From assembly GCA_964291675.2 (NCBI GenBank), contig OZ219866.1:1440001-1504000 (forward strand): a stretch of DNA of 64,000 nucleotides. Direction: 5' to 3'. The stretch comes from Alphaproteobacteria bacterium. GTDB lineage: Bacteria; Pseudomonadota; Alphaproteobacteria; MPNO01. Numbering within the stretch: position 1 is the first letter of the stretch; each line of letters starts with the position of its first letter. Of the stretch, positions 12,279 to 21,578 are shown one piece after another. Made by a program: the position numbers and the translations under genes. The notes under the pieces are model-generated. The model ran no database searches, was not told the origin of the DNA, and saw nothing but the letters and a program-made list of their open reading frames with translations.

Positions 12279-13728
12279 GATCGTGTCCCGCCACGTGGTG
12301 TAAGAGCCCGGCGCCGATCGCGGTATCCGGCGTGTTGGGCCGGTAGGGTCAGGCTGCCACGGCGGGCGGCTTGACGGTGAGATTGTCGCTGGTCTGAGCG
12401 ATGGATTCCAGTGTCATGTATCTCCTTGCGACGGCCCACTCGTCGTTCTGCTCGAGCAGGATGGCGCCGACCAGGCGGGTGACGGCGTCTTCGTTGGGGA
12501 AGATGCCGACGACGTTGGTTCGGCGCTTGATCTCGGCATGGACCCGCTCGATGGGGTTGGTCGAGTGGAGCTTGGTTCGGTGCTCCCTGGGGAAGGTCAT
12601 GTAGGCGAGGACGTCGTGCTCGGCGTCGTCCATGAGGGTGGCGAGCTTGGGCGCCTTGGGCCTGAGCTGGTCGGCGACCAGGCGCCACTGGGCGCTCGCG
12701 GCCTGGGCGTCGTCCTGGGCGAAGGCGGTGGCGACGAAGGCAGACACGACGCGCCTTCCCTGACGGCCGGCATGGGCCAGCAGGTTGCGCATGAAGTGGA
12801 TGCGGCAGCGCTGCCAGGTGGCGCCGAGGATGCGGGTCGCGGCGGCCTTCAACCCCTTGTGGTCGTCGGAGATCACCAGCTTGACGCCCTTGAGCCCGCG
12901 GCCGGTCAGCGCGCGCAGGAAGGCGGTCCAGAAGGTCTCGGCCTCGGAGTGGCCGATCGCCATGCCGAGCACCTCGCGCCGGCCCTGGTCGTTGACCGCC
13001 ACCGCGACGGTCACCGCGACCGGGACGATGCGCCCGATCTCGCGCATCTTGATATAGGTCGCATCCAGCCACAGATAGGGCCACTCGCCCTCCAGCGGCC
13101 GGTCGAGGAAGCTCTCGATCTTGTCGTCGATCTCGGCGCACAGCCTGGACACCTGGCTCTTGGAGATGCCCGACATCCCCATCGCCTGCACCAGGTCGTC
13201 GACCGAGCGCGTCGACACGCCCTGGATGTAGGCCTCCTGGATCACCGCCGTGAGTGCCTTCTCGGCCATCCGGCGCGGTTCCAGGAAGCCGGGGAAGTAG
13301 CTCCCCGTCCTGAGCTTCGGGATCCTCAGCGCCACCGTGCCGGCGCGGGTCTCCCAGGCCCGCTCGCGGTAGCCGTTGCGCTGCGTGATCCGCTCCGGCG
13401 TGCGCTCGCCATGGGCGGCGCCGGTCAGCCCTTCCACCTCCAGCGCCATCAGACGCTCGGCCGAGAAGCCGATCATCTCGCGCAGCAGATCGGCGTCGGA
13501 ACTCTTCTCCAAAAGCCCGCGCAGGGCCATCATGTCGTCGGTCATCGCGGTTCCTCCTCAGGTTCGGGTTGGCGTTGCACGACCCAACCCTAAACCGGAA
13601 CCGCGATGGCCTCCGCTGTGGATAAGCAGCCCGCCGCCGCCAGACTCGCGGCGGTCGCGGCGGCGCGCTGCTTACCCACAGCTACAAACCAAGGCCAGAG
13701 CTCCTACACCACGTCTGGGGACACGACC
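12279..13728 (-). mobile_element. IS256-family insertion sequence (1450 bp) with 8-bp target duplication CCCGTCAG
   Basis: Terminal IRs GATCGTGTCCCGCCACGTGGTGTAAGAGC / GGTCGTGTCCCCAGACGTGGTGTAGGAGC; target duplication at 12271-12278 and 13729-13736. Confidence 0.95.
12349..13545 (-). CDS. IS256-family DDE transposase
   Basis: [52 protein letters not shown] motifs. Confidence 0.96.
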   Translation of the reverse strand: MTDDMMALRGLLEKSSDADLLREMIGFSAERLMALEVEGLTGAAHGERTPERITQRNGYRERAWETRAGTVALRIPKLRTGSYFPGFLEPRRMAEKALTAVIQEAYIQGVSTRSVDDLVQAMGMSGISKSQVSRLCAEIDDKIESFLDRPLEGEWPYLWLDATYIKMREIGRIVPVAVTVAVAVNDQGRREVLGMAIGHSEAETFWTAFLRALTGRGLKGVKLVISDDHKGLKAAATRILGATWQRCRIHFMRNLLAHAGRQGRRVVSAFVATAFAQDDAQAASAQWRLVADQLRPKAPKLATLMDDAEHDVLAYMTFPREHRTKLHSTNPIERVHAEIKRRTNVVGIFPNEDAVTRLVGAILLEQNDEWAVARRYMTLESIAQTSDNLTVKPPAVAA

Positions 13729-14307
13729 CCCGTCAGCCAGGGCGGTCGCCTGCCGATGGCCATTGTCGTCGCCGTGAACCCAAGCTCGTGGTCGATCAGG
13801 AAAATGTGATTCCCCTAGACGAGGCAGTTGGGGTTGGATACCCGCCGATCCGGGTTTTCAATGACGGCATCGAACACCAGCGCCGACAATGCCACCGGCA
13901 GCATGGCCTCTGCGATCCGGCCACCCGAACTCCAGACGCTGAACTGGTTGCCAACCTTCGCCGAGCCAAAGCCGACGGACGAGCTTTCCCGAAGACGCGA
14001 CGCCAGGTTCCTGTCGGCCACGACTTCCGACAGTGCCGGCGGTATATCCACCAGATAGGACGCCGGTACCGGCAAGCCGAGGTCTTTTGCAAGGGATGCT
14101 GCGACCACCTCACGCGCCAAATTCGTGACCCCTTCTTCGCAGCCGGCGGATAGCTTGCAGAACAGTTCGACAGGGGAATTCGTGTCCGCTCCGCACAGCA
14201 TCAGGAGGACACCGGTTCGGCCTGCGGTGGCGGATCGAATGATCTCGTCTGCTGCGATGCGGTCCGGCAAACCGCGCTCCTAGCCGTCCGCCCCGATGCG
14301 GGAGGGT

Positions 14308-14333
14308 TGGTGATCGCCGAGCAGTGGCGAGGC
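14308..14333 (+). repeat. Right copy of 26-bp direct repeat
   Basis: TGGTGATCGCCGAGCAGTGGCGAGGC; first 15 nt identical to the left copy. Confidence 0.75.
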
Positions 14334-14343
14334 CCCTCCGCCG

Positions 14344-15213
14344 CTAGGTCTTGCCCACCTCGGCGTCGTAGGCGTCCATCAGGGTGCGGGTGACCGGGCC
14401 GACCTGGAGGTGGAGGTCGTCGATCTGGCCGACCGGGGTGACCTCTGCGGCGGTGCCGGTGACGAAGATCTCGTCCGCCTTTTCCAGCTCGTCGGGCATG
14501 ATCGCGCGCTCGACCGTCTCGATCCCCCGGTCCCTGGCGAGCCCGATCACGGTGCGCCGGGTGATGCCGTCGAGGAAGCAGTCGGGCGTCGGCGTGTGCA
14601 GCGTTCCGTTCTCGACCAGGAAGATGTTCGCGCCGGTGGTCTCGGCCACCCGGCCGCGCCAGTCGAGCATCAGCGCGTCGTCGAAACCGTCCGCCTCGGC
14701 CTCGTGCTTGGACAGCGTGCAGATCATGTAGAGCCCGGCCGCCTTGGAATGCACCGGGGCGGTGTCCGGCGACGGCCGCCGCCACGGCGCGCGCTTGAGG
14801 CGGATCCCCTTGAGCCGCGCCTCGGGCGAGAAATAGGACGGCCATTCCCACACCGCGATGGCGACGTTGATCCTGGTCTGCTGCGCCGAGACCCCCATCA
14901 TCTCGCTGCCGCGCCAGGCGACCGGGCGGACATAGGCGTCGGCAAACCCCTGCGCGGCCACGGTCTCGTCGGTCGCTCGTTCCAGCTCCTCCAGCGAGTA
15001 GGGAAGCTCGAATCCGAGCGCCGCGGCGGAGTCGATCAGACGCTGGGTATGCTCGCGCAGCCGGAACACCGCGCCCGAATAGACCCGCTCGCCCTCGAAC
15101 ACGCAGCTCGCGTAGTGCAGCCCGTGGCTCAGCACGTGGAGCTTGCAGTCGCGCCATTCCCGGAGCGCGCCGTTGAACCAGATCCGGCCGTCCTGGTCGT
15201 CGAAATCGATCAT
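14344..15213 (-). CDS. ilvE: Branched-chain amino acid aminotransferase
   Basis: HGLHYASCVFEG, AYVRP, KAAGLY, ETTGANIF, LDGITR, GTAAEVTP. Confidence 0.95.
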   Translation of the reverse strand: MIDFDDQDGRIWFNGALREWRDCKLHVLSHGLHYASCVFEGERVYSGAVFRLREHTQRLIDSAAALGFELPYSLEELERATDETVAAQGFADAYVRPVAWRGSEMMGVSAQQTRINVAIAVWEWPSYFSPEARLKGIRLKRAPWRRPSPDTAPVHSKAAGLYMICTLSKHEAEADGFDDALMLDWRGRVAETTGANIFLVENGTLHTPTPDCFLDGITRRTVIGLARDRGIETVERAIMPDELEKADEIFVTGTAAEVTPVGQIDDLHLQVGPVTRTLMDAYDAEVGKT

Positions 15214-15303
15214 TTGCCCACCACCGCGCCGGCACCGGCGCGCGCTGCATTCGTGACGATTTTGCTGCGCGATTCGCTTGCCCGCGTATCAGCCGCGAGC
15301 AAT

Positions 15304-15324
15304 TATGTCAACATGGTTGACTTA
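15304..15324. promoter_or_regulatory. Palindromic operator overlapping the MarR start codon
   Basis: TATGTCAAC-ATG-GTTGACTTA; core GTCAAC/GTTGAC is a perfect inverted repeat. Confidence 0.55.
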
Positions 15325-15807
15325 AAACCGGGCTTCAACCCGCTGTTCCTGCGCGAGGAGGATCTGCGCCAGGGGATCGAGCTGCTGTTCTATGCCTATC
15401 GCGACTTCACCGGCCAGCCGGACGCGATCCTGACCGAGCTCGGCTTCGGGCGCGCCCATCACCGGACGATCTATTTCATCGGCCGCAACCCCGGCATCAC
15501 CGTCTCGCAGCTCCTCGACATCCTGAAGGTGTCCAAGCAGAGCCTGTCGCGCGTGCTCGGCCAGCTGGTGCGCGAGGGCTATGTGGAGTCCGGCGCCGGC
15601 ACCCGCGACCGGCGCCAGCGCATGCTGAACCTCACCGAGAAGGGTATCGCGCTGGAACGCCGCCTGACCGAGAACCAGCGCAGCCGGATCGCGCGCGCCT
15701 ACCGGGAGGCTGGCGCCGAGGCGGTCGACGGCTACCGCAAGGTGCTGCTCGGCATCATCGACGAGCGCGAGCGGGAGAAGGTGCTGGCCAGGCTGGCCGG
15801 CGGCTGA
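15313..15807 (+). CDS. MarR-family transcriptional regulator (PetP-like)
   Basis: LLFYAYRDFT, FGRAHHR, KQSLSRVL, DRRQRMLNLT; divergent from ilvE as usual in alphaproteobacteria. Confidence 0.88.
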   Translation: MVDLKPGFNPLFLREEDLRQGIELLFYAYRDFTGQPDAILTELGFGRAHHRTIYFIGRNPGITVSQLLDILKVSKQSLSRVLGQLVREGYVESGAGTRDRRQRMLNLTEKGIALERRLTENQRSRIARAYREAGAEAVDGYRKVLLGIIDEREREKVLARLAGG

Positions 15808-15811
15808 CCCC

Positions 15812-17143
15812 ATGCTGAGCGCCGAGCAGAACGACCGCCTGACGCGCACCGGCCCGGGGACCGAGATGGGGGCGGTGATGCGCCGCTACTGGCAGCCCGT
15901 CGCCCTGGTCGAGGAGCTGCCCGACGAGCGCCCGGTCAAGGACGTCCGCGTCCTCGGCGAGGATCTGGTGGTGTTCCGCGACGACCGGGGCCGCTACGGC
16001 GCGCTCGCCCGGCGCTGCGCCCACCGCGCCGGCGACCTCGCCTATGGGCGCTGCGAGGACGGCGGGCTGCGCTGCCCCTATCACGGCTGGCTCTACGCCG
16101 TCGACGGGCGCTGCCTGGAACAGCCCGCCGAGCCGCCCGGCTCGACCTACCACGAGCGCGTCCGCCAGCCCGCTTTTCCCTGCGTCGAGCGCAACGGCAT
16201 CGTCTACGGCTATATGGGCGGCGGCGAGGCGCCGCCATTGCCCGGCTTCGACTGGTTCGACGCGCCCGCGAGCCACTGCTTCGCCTTCAAGGCGCTGCAG
16301 CGGGCGAACTGGCTGCAGGCGGTCGAGGGCGAGATCGACCCGGCGCATCTCTCCTACCTGCACCGATACCTCGACGACGACGCGGAGGGCGACGGCTCCT
16401 ACGGCTTCAGCCAATTCCTCGCGGCGACCGACGAGTCCGACGTCTCGGTCACCGCCATCCTGCGCGAGGTGACCAACCCGAGGCTCGAGATCGCGCGGAC
16501 CGATTACGGGGTGCGCATCTTCGCGCTGCGCGACCGGGGCGACGTGACCTATGTGCGGGTGACCAACTATCTCTTCCCGCACACCGCCGTGGTGTCGGTC
16601 GGCGACTGGACGCTGGTGCAGGTCCACGTGCCGATCGACGACGCGAGCAACTGGCGCTACGACGTGTTCTACGACTTCCGCGCACCCATCGACCGGGAGG
16701 CGCTCAGGGCGGAGAAGCTCGAGACCTACGAGGTGCCGGGCTACACGCCGAAGCGGAACCGGGAGAACCGCTACGGCTTCTCCGCCGCCGAGCAGCGCGC
16801 CGGCACCTATGCCGGGGTGGGTTACGACTTCAACATCCACGACACGATGATCCTGGAAGGCCAGGGCGCGATCCAGGACCGCAGCCGGGAGAACCTCGCC
16901 TATACCGACATGGCGATCGTCGCCGCGCGCCGGATGCTGACCGAGGCGCTCGACGGCGCGATCCCCCTGCCGATGACCGAGGGCGCGGCGGCCCGCTACG
17001 ACCACCTGGTCAGCATCGACACGGTCGCTCCCAGCGGGGCGTGGCGGCGCGCATGGGTCGCCAAGCAGATCGAGCGCCGGGCGCGGTCGGTCTGGGCCGG
17101 CGGCATCGCGTCAGCGCGACTGGAGGCCATGCTCGGGCCCTGA
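15812..17143 (+). CDS. Rieske non-heme iron oxygenase alpha subunit (phthalate dioxygenase/LigX-like)
   Basis: CAH...CPYH Rieske motif; NWLQAVEGEIDPAHLSYLH mononuclear Fe site. Confidence 0.9.
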   Translation: MLSAEQNDRLTRTGPGTEMGAVMRRYWQPVALVEELPDERPVKDVRVLGEDLVVFRDDRGRYGALARRCAHRAGDLAYGRCEDGGLRCPYHGWLYAVDGRCLEQPAEPPGSTYHERVRQPAFPCVERNGIVYGYMGGGEAPPLPGFDWFDAPASHCFAFKALQRANWLQAVEGEIDPAHLSYLHRYLDDDAEGDGSYGFSQFLAATDESDVSVTAILREVTNPRLEIARTDYGVRIFALRDRGDVTYVRVTNYLFPHTAVVSVGDWTLVQVHVPIDDASNWRYDVFYDFRAPIDREALRAEKLETYEVPGYTPKRNRENRYGFSAAEQRAGTYAGVGYDFNIHDTMILEGQGAIQDRSRENLAYTDMAIVAARRMLTEALDGAIPLPMTEGAAARYDHLVSIDTVAPSGAWRRAWVAKQIERRARSVWAGGIASARLEAMLGP

Positions 17144-17195
17144 GGCGGCGGCGGCGCTGCTTGCGCCGCGCACCGCCGCCCGGCACAGTCGGGCG

Positions 17196-17735
17196 ATGGC
17201 AAGCAAGCCCGCCGGCCCCTCGCTCCGCTCCATCCCCGAAGGCGACGACCGGGAGCGGCTGATCTGCCCCGATTGCGGGTTCATCTCCTACGACAACCCC
17301 AAGGTCGTGGTCGGCTCGGTGGCGGCGTGGGACGGGAAGATCCTGCTCTGCCGGCGCGCGATCCCGCCGCGGAGCGGTCTGTGGACGCTGCCGGCCGGCT
17401 ATCTGGAGCTCAACGAGACCAGCGAGGCCGGGGCGCTGCGCGAGGCGTGGGAGGAGGCCCGGGCGCGGCTTGCCATCGACGGGCTGCTCGCCGTCTACAA
17501 CATCCCGCGCATCAGCCAGGTGCAGCTGATCTACCGCGCCCGGCTGGTCTCCCCCGAGATCGACGTCGGCGAGGAGAGCGAGGAGGTCGCGCTGTTCGAC
17601 TGGGCCGACATACCGTGGCAGGAGATCGCCTTCCCCTCGGTGAAATGGGCGCTTGCGCACTACCGGGAGAGCGCCGGGAGGCCGCTGGCGGCGCCCCGCG
17701 CCAACCCGCCGGGCGAGGTCGGCGACCTCGAATAG
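17196..17735 (+). CDS. NUDIX hydrolase
   Basis: CPDCG, YDNPKVVVG, Nudix box GYLELNETSEAGALREAWEEA. Confidence 0.92.
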   Translation: MASKPAGPSLRSIPEGDDRERLICPDCGFISYDNPKVVVGSVAAWDGKILLCRRAIPPRSGLWTLPAGYLELNETSEAGALREAWEEARARLAIDGLLAVYNIPRISQVQLIYRARLVSPEIDVGEESEEVALFDWADIPWQEIAFPSVKWALAHYRESAGRPLAAPRANPPGEVGDLE

Positions 17736-18662
17736 TCAGTCCACCAGCCCCACCAGCCGGTCCGCGAAAGCCGTCGGGTCGAAGGGTTGCAAATCGTCTT
17801 CCGACTCGCCGACGCCGATGGCGTGCACCGGCAGGCCGAAACGCTCGGCGAGCGCCACCAGCACCCCGCCCTTCGCGGTGCCGTCGAGCTTGGTGACGAT
17901 CAGCCCGGTCACGTCGGTCATCTCCCGGAAGGTGCCGACCTGGGCGTGGGTGTTCTGGCCGGTCGTGGCGTCGAGCACCAGCAGGCAGTCATGCGGCGCT
18001 TCCGGGTCGAGCTTCCTCATCACCCGGACGATCTTCTGCAGCTCGGCCATCAGGTCGCCGCGGTTCTGCAGCCTTCCCGCGGTGTCGACCAGCAGCACCT
18101 CGGCGCCGTCGCGCCGCGCCCCTTCCAGCGCGTCGAACACCAGCCCCGCCGCGTCCGAGCCGGTGGCGCGCGAGACCACCGGGCAGCCGACCCGCTCGCC
18201 CCACAGCTCGAGCTGGCTGACGGCGGCGGCGCGGAAGGTGTCGCCCGCCGCCATCGTCACCCGGCGGCCCTCGCCCCGGAGGCGTTTGGCGAGCTTGCCG
18301 ACCGTCGTCGTCTTGCCGGTACCGTTGACGCCGACCACCAGCACCACGTGCGGGCGGTTGCCGGGGTCCACGGCGAGCGGCTGCGCCACCGGTTCGAGGA
18401 TGCGCGCGATGTCGGCGGCGAGCAGGGCGCGCACGTCGTCGGCGTCGAGATCCCTTTCCACACGCCGCCGGGCGAGCGCGCCGGTCAGCCGGGATGCCGC
18501 CTCCACCCCGAGATCGGCGCCGATCAGCAGCTCCTCGAGCTCGCCCAGCGTCGCCTCGTCGAGCCGGCGCCCGGCGAAGATCCCGGCGATCCCGCCCGAG
18601 AGCCGCGCCGAGCTCCGCGACAGCCCGGCGCTCAGCCGGCCGAGCCAGCCCCGCTCGCTCAT
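17736..18662 (-). CDS. ftsY: Signal recognition particle receptor
   Basis: Start MSERGWL at 18662; GVNGTGKTTT, DTFRAAA, DTAGRLQ, TKLDGTAKGG. Confidence 0.96.
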   Translation of the reverse strand: MSERGWLGRLSAGLSRSSARLSGGIAGIFAGRRLDEATLGELEELLIGADLGVEAASRLTGALARRRVERDLDADDVRALLAADIARILEPVAQPLAVDPGNRPHVVLVVGVNGTGKTTTVGKLAKRLRGEGRRVTMAAGDTFRAAAVSQLELWGERVGCPVVSRATGSDAAGLVFDALEGARRDGAEVLLVDTAGRLQNRGDLMAELQKIVRVMRKLDPEAPHDCLLVLDATTGQNTHAQVGTFREMTDVTGLIVTKLDGTAKGGVLVALAERFGLPVHAIGVGESEDDLQPFDPTAFADRLVGLVD

Positions 18663-19903
18663 CCCTCCACCACGCCCCGCAGCACCCCGTCCGCCTGTCC
18701 CGTCACCCGCACGGCGACGATGCTGCCCGGTGCCGCCGGCCGGTCGAGCGCGATTCGGGCGTATTGCTCGGTGCGGCCGCCATCCGGCGTCTCGACCAGG
18801 ACCCGCTCGCGCCGGCCGCGCCTTGTCTCCAAATGGCGGGCTAGGCGGTCCTTGGCCAGCCGCCTGAGCGCCGCCGCGCGCGTCTTGCGCACCGGGCGCG
18901 GGACCTGCGGCATGCGGGAAGCCGGCGTGCCGGGACGCTCCGAATAGGGGAACACGTGGAGCCAGGTGAGCCCCGCCTCGGCGACCAGGGATTCGGTCTC
19001 GCCGAACATGGCGTCGGTTTCGGTCGGGAAGCCGGCGATCAGATCGGCGCCGAACACCGCGTCGGGCCGCAACCGCCGCGCCTCGCGACAAAACCCGACC
19101 ACGTCGGCGCGGCCGTGGCGCCGGCGCATGCGCTTCAGGATCAGATCCGATCCCGCCTGGACGCTCAGGTGGAAATGCGGCATCAGCCGCTCCTCCGCGG
19201 CGATGGCGCGAAGGAGTTCGGCATCGATCTCCGACGGGTCCAGCGAGGAGAGCCGCAGCCGGGGCAGCTCCGGCACCTCGGCGAGGATGCGCCCGACCAG
19301 CGCGCCGAGTCCCGCCCCGTTCGCCAGGTCGCTGCCGTAATCGGTGATGTCGACCCCGGTCAGCACCGCCTCGCGGTAGCCGTTGCCGGCGAGACGGCGG
19401 ATCTGGGCGATCACCGCGTCGGGCGCCAGCGACCGGTTGGGCCCGCGCGCGAAGGGGATGATGCAGAACGTGCAGCGATGGTCGCAGCCCTGCTGGATCT
19501 GGACGAAGGCCCGGGCGCGGCCCTCGATTCCGTCGATCAGGTGGGCCGCGCCCTCGCGCGCCGCCATGATGTCGCCAACCGCGCGTTGCGGGGCGCGCGG
19601 CGCGTAGCTCGACGCCGACAGCTTCTCCCGGTTGCCGAGCACGCGGTCGACCTCGGGCATGGCGGCGTAGCGGCCGGGATCGAGCTGGGCCGCGCAGCCG
19701 GCGACCACGATCCGCTTCTGCGGCGACTCCCGCCTGGCGCGGCGGATCGCCTGGCGCGCCTGGCGTTCGGCCTCCGCCGTCACCGCGCAGGTGTTGACGA
19801 TCACCGCGTCGACGAGCCCGGCCTCGGCGGCGCGGCGGCGGATGATCTCCGATTCCAGCGCGTTGAGGCGGCAGCCGAAGGTGACGATCTCGGGCGCGCT
19901 CAT
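18659..19903 (-). CDS. mtaB: tRNA t6A37 methylthiotransferase
   Basis: TFGCRLNALESE, NTCAVT, radical SAM GCDHRCTFC, HVFPYSERPGTPA. Confidence 0.94.
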   Translation of the reverse strand: MSAPEIVTFGCRLNALESEIIRRRAAEAGLVDAVIVNTCAVTAEAERQARQAIRRARRESPQKRIVVAGCAAQLDPGRYAAMPEVDRVLGNREKLSASSYAPRAPQRAVGDIMAAREGAAHLIDGIEGRARAFVQIQQGCDHRCTFCIIPFARGPNRSLAPDAVIAQIRRLAGNGYREAVLTGVDITDYGSDLANGAGLGALVGRILAEVPELPRLRLSSLDPSEIDAELLRAIAAEERLMPHFHLSVQAGSDLILKRMRRRHGRADVVGFCREARRLRPDAVFGADLIAGFPTETDAMFGETESLVAEAGLTWLHVFPYSERPGTPASRMPQVPRPVRKTRAAALRRLAKDRLARHLETRRGRRERVLVETPDGGRTEQYARIALDRPAAPGSIVAVRVTGQADGVLRGVVEG

Positions 19904-20733
19904 CCGGCCAGCGCCCCGTCGATCGCGCCGCGGAAGCTCACCGCCACCGGCCCCGTCATGCTCACCCGGCCGTCCGCGGCCCAGGCGATCTCCAGCTTCC
20001 CGCCGTCGAGCTCGACCGTCGCGCGGCGGCCCGCCTTGCCGCGCCGGTGCGCCGCGACCAGCGCCGCGCAGGCCCCGGTGCCGCAGGCCATGGTGAGCCC
20101 GGCGCCGCGTTCCCACACCCGGAGCCGTATCCGGTCCGCGCCGCGCAGCTCGGCCACGCCGATATTGGCGCGTTCGGGGAAAAGCGCGTCGTGCTCCAGC
20201 GCCGGACCCAGCGCCGCGAGGTCCACCGCCTCGGCGTCGGCGACGAAGAAAACCGCGTGCGGGTTGCCCATGCTGACCGCGGCCGGGTCGGCGAGCGGGC
20301 CGCGCGCGAGCGGCAAATGCAGCGTGTCGCGGTCGGCGGCGAGCGGGATGTCGCGCCAGCCGAAGCGCGGCTCGCCCATGTCGACCGTGACCGCGAGCGG
20401 CCCCGCGCGGCTTGCACCGAGCGGTCCCGAAGCGGTCTCCAGCCGCACGCTGTCGCGCCCGGTCTCCGCCATCGCCATCCAGGCGACGCAGCGCGCCGCG
20501 TTGCCGCAGGCTTCCGCCTCGCCGCCATCCGCGTTGTGGATGGTGAAGGCCGCATCGGCCGACGCTTCGGCCGGCGGCCGCAGCACGATCAGCTGGTCGC
20601 AGCCGATACCGGTGCGCCGGTGCGCGATCGCGCGCACCTCTGCGGCGTCCGGCGCGAACGCGCGCCGCCTGGCGTCGACGATCACGAAATCGTTGCCGAG
20701 CCCGTGCATCTTGATGAATTCGGGTCCGTCCAT
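19900..20733 (-). CDS. dapF: Diaminopimelate epimerase
   Basis: KMHGLGNDF, EACGNAARC, MGNPH, ERGAGLTMACGTGAC. Confidence 0.96.
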   Translation of the reverse strand: MDGPEFIKMHGLGNDFVIVDARRRAFAPDAAEVRAIAHRRTGIGCDQLIVLRPPAEASADAAFTIHNADGGEAEACGNAARCVAWMAMAETGRDSVRLETASGPLGASRAGPLAVTVDMGEPRFGWRDIPLAADRDTLHLPLARGPLADPAAVSMGNPHAVFFVADAEAVDLAALGPALEHDALFPERANIGVAELRGADRIRLRVWERGAGLTMACGTGACAALVAAHRRGKAGRRATVELDGGKLEIAWAADGRVSMTGPVAVSFRGAIDGALAG

Positions 20734-20837
20734 GGCGGGCGTAATATCGTGAGGATGGCCGGGAAGTCCAGAAATCCTGCGCTTTGCGCGCCCGGGTGCG
20801 CGGGATAGGCTCGGCTCCGCAACGACCGGATTGCGCC

Positions 20838-21329
20838 ATGGACGACTTCGCGCGGCTCTATCTGCGCCCCGACGACGCGCAGTTCGATGCGCGGTATCGG
20901 GCACGCTGCAAATGCGGCGCGGTCCGCTACGAGGTCGGCGCCGATCCGCTAAACGCCAAGATCTGCCACTGCACCCACTGCCAGCGGCGGCACGGCGCGC
21001 CGATGCAGTGGGCGGCGATCTTCCGCAAGGCCGACGTGCGGGTGCGCGCGGGCGCCGACCGGCTGCGCTTCTACAGCAGCGAGACCGATGCACCCGAGCG
21101 GGTGCTCCCCTGCCGGCTCGATTGCGGGCGCTGCGGCACCCCGATCGCGGACGAGGGGCGGCGCATGTGGCTCGCCTTCCCGGCGCTGTTCGATTTCGGC
21201 GACCCGCCCGCCGTGCCGGAGGCGTTCAGGCCGCGCTGCCACATCTTCTACGGCGCGCGGGTGCTCGACATCGACGACGCCCTGCCCAAATGGGCGGCGC
21301 ACGAGAACCGGTCGGCCCGGCTCGGGTGA
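20838..21329 (+). CDS. GFA (CENP-V/Gfa) family zinc protein
   Basis: CKCG, CHCTHC, CGRCG zinc motifs; HIFY...DDALPKW. Confidence 0.87.
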   Translation: MDDFARLYLRPDDAQFDARYRARCKCGAVRYEVGADPLNAKICHCTHCQRRHGAPMQWAAIFRKADVRVRAGADRLRFYSSETDAPERVLPCRLDCGRCGTPIADEGRRMWLAFPALFDFGDPPAVPEAFRPRCHIFYGARVLDIDDALPKWAAHENRSARLG

Positions 21330-21346
21330 GGTTCGGCGCCGGCCGC

Positions 21347-21460
21347 TTACCGGTCCGACATCCGCGGCTTGCCGGCGAGACGCCACTCGATCTCGGCGCA
21401 GATGAAGGCGACGACGGCGCCGACCACCATGAAGCCGAGGATCAACAACAATTCGTTCAT
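21347..21460 (-). CDS. Small (37 aa) single-TM membrane protein, hypothetical
   Basis: MNELLLILGFMVVGAVVAFICAEIEWRLAGKPRMSDR; GGAAGGGA RBS upstream; fills an intergenic gap. Confidence 0.5.
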   Translation of the reverse strand: MNELLLILGFMVVGAVVAFICAEIEWRLAGKPRMSDR

Positions 21461-21578
21461 GCCGTGTCCCTTCCCGCTCGCGCCCACGATAGCGCATCGC
21501 CGCCGCCCCGGCCAAGGCCGGCTTGACACCCGGCAAGCCCCGGCCCGTTATTGATCCCGGAGCACGTGGGAGGCACGG

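Larger units (their letters stand above)
12018..14270 (-). pseudogene. HipA-like (HipA_2-type) kinase, disrupted by an in-frame TAG at 13815-13817 and an IS256 insertion
   Basis: Removing the IS and one target copy gives a continuous 795-bp frame: ...LFCKLS...AREVVAASLAKDLGLPVP...FDAVIENPDRRVSNPNCLV*GNHIFLIDHELGF...PPWLTG|GLDWL...IERVLK; GGAG RBS before TTG start. Confidence 0.82.

Noticed and set aside
13815-13817. Programmed amber read-through (pyrrolysine) in the kinase
   Set aside because: No pyl machinery in view and the gene is also IS-disrupted; a nonsense mutation is simpler
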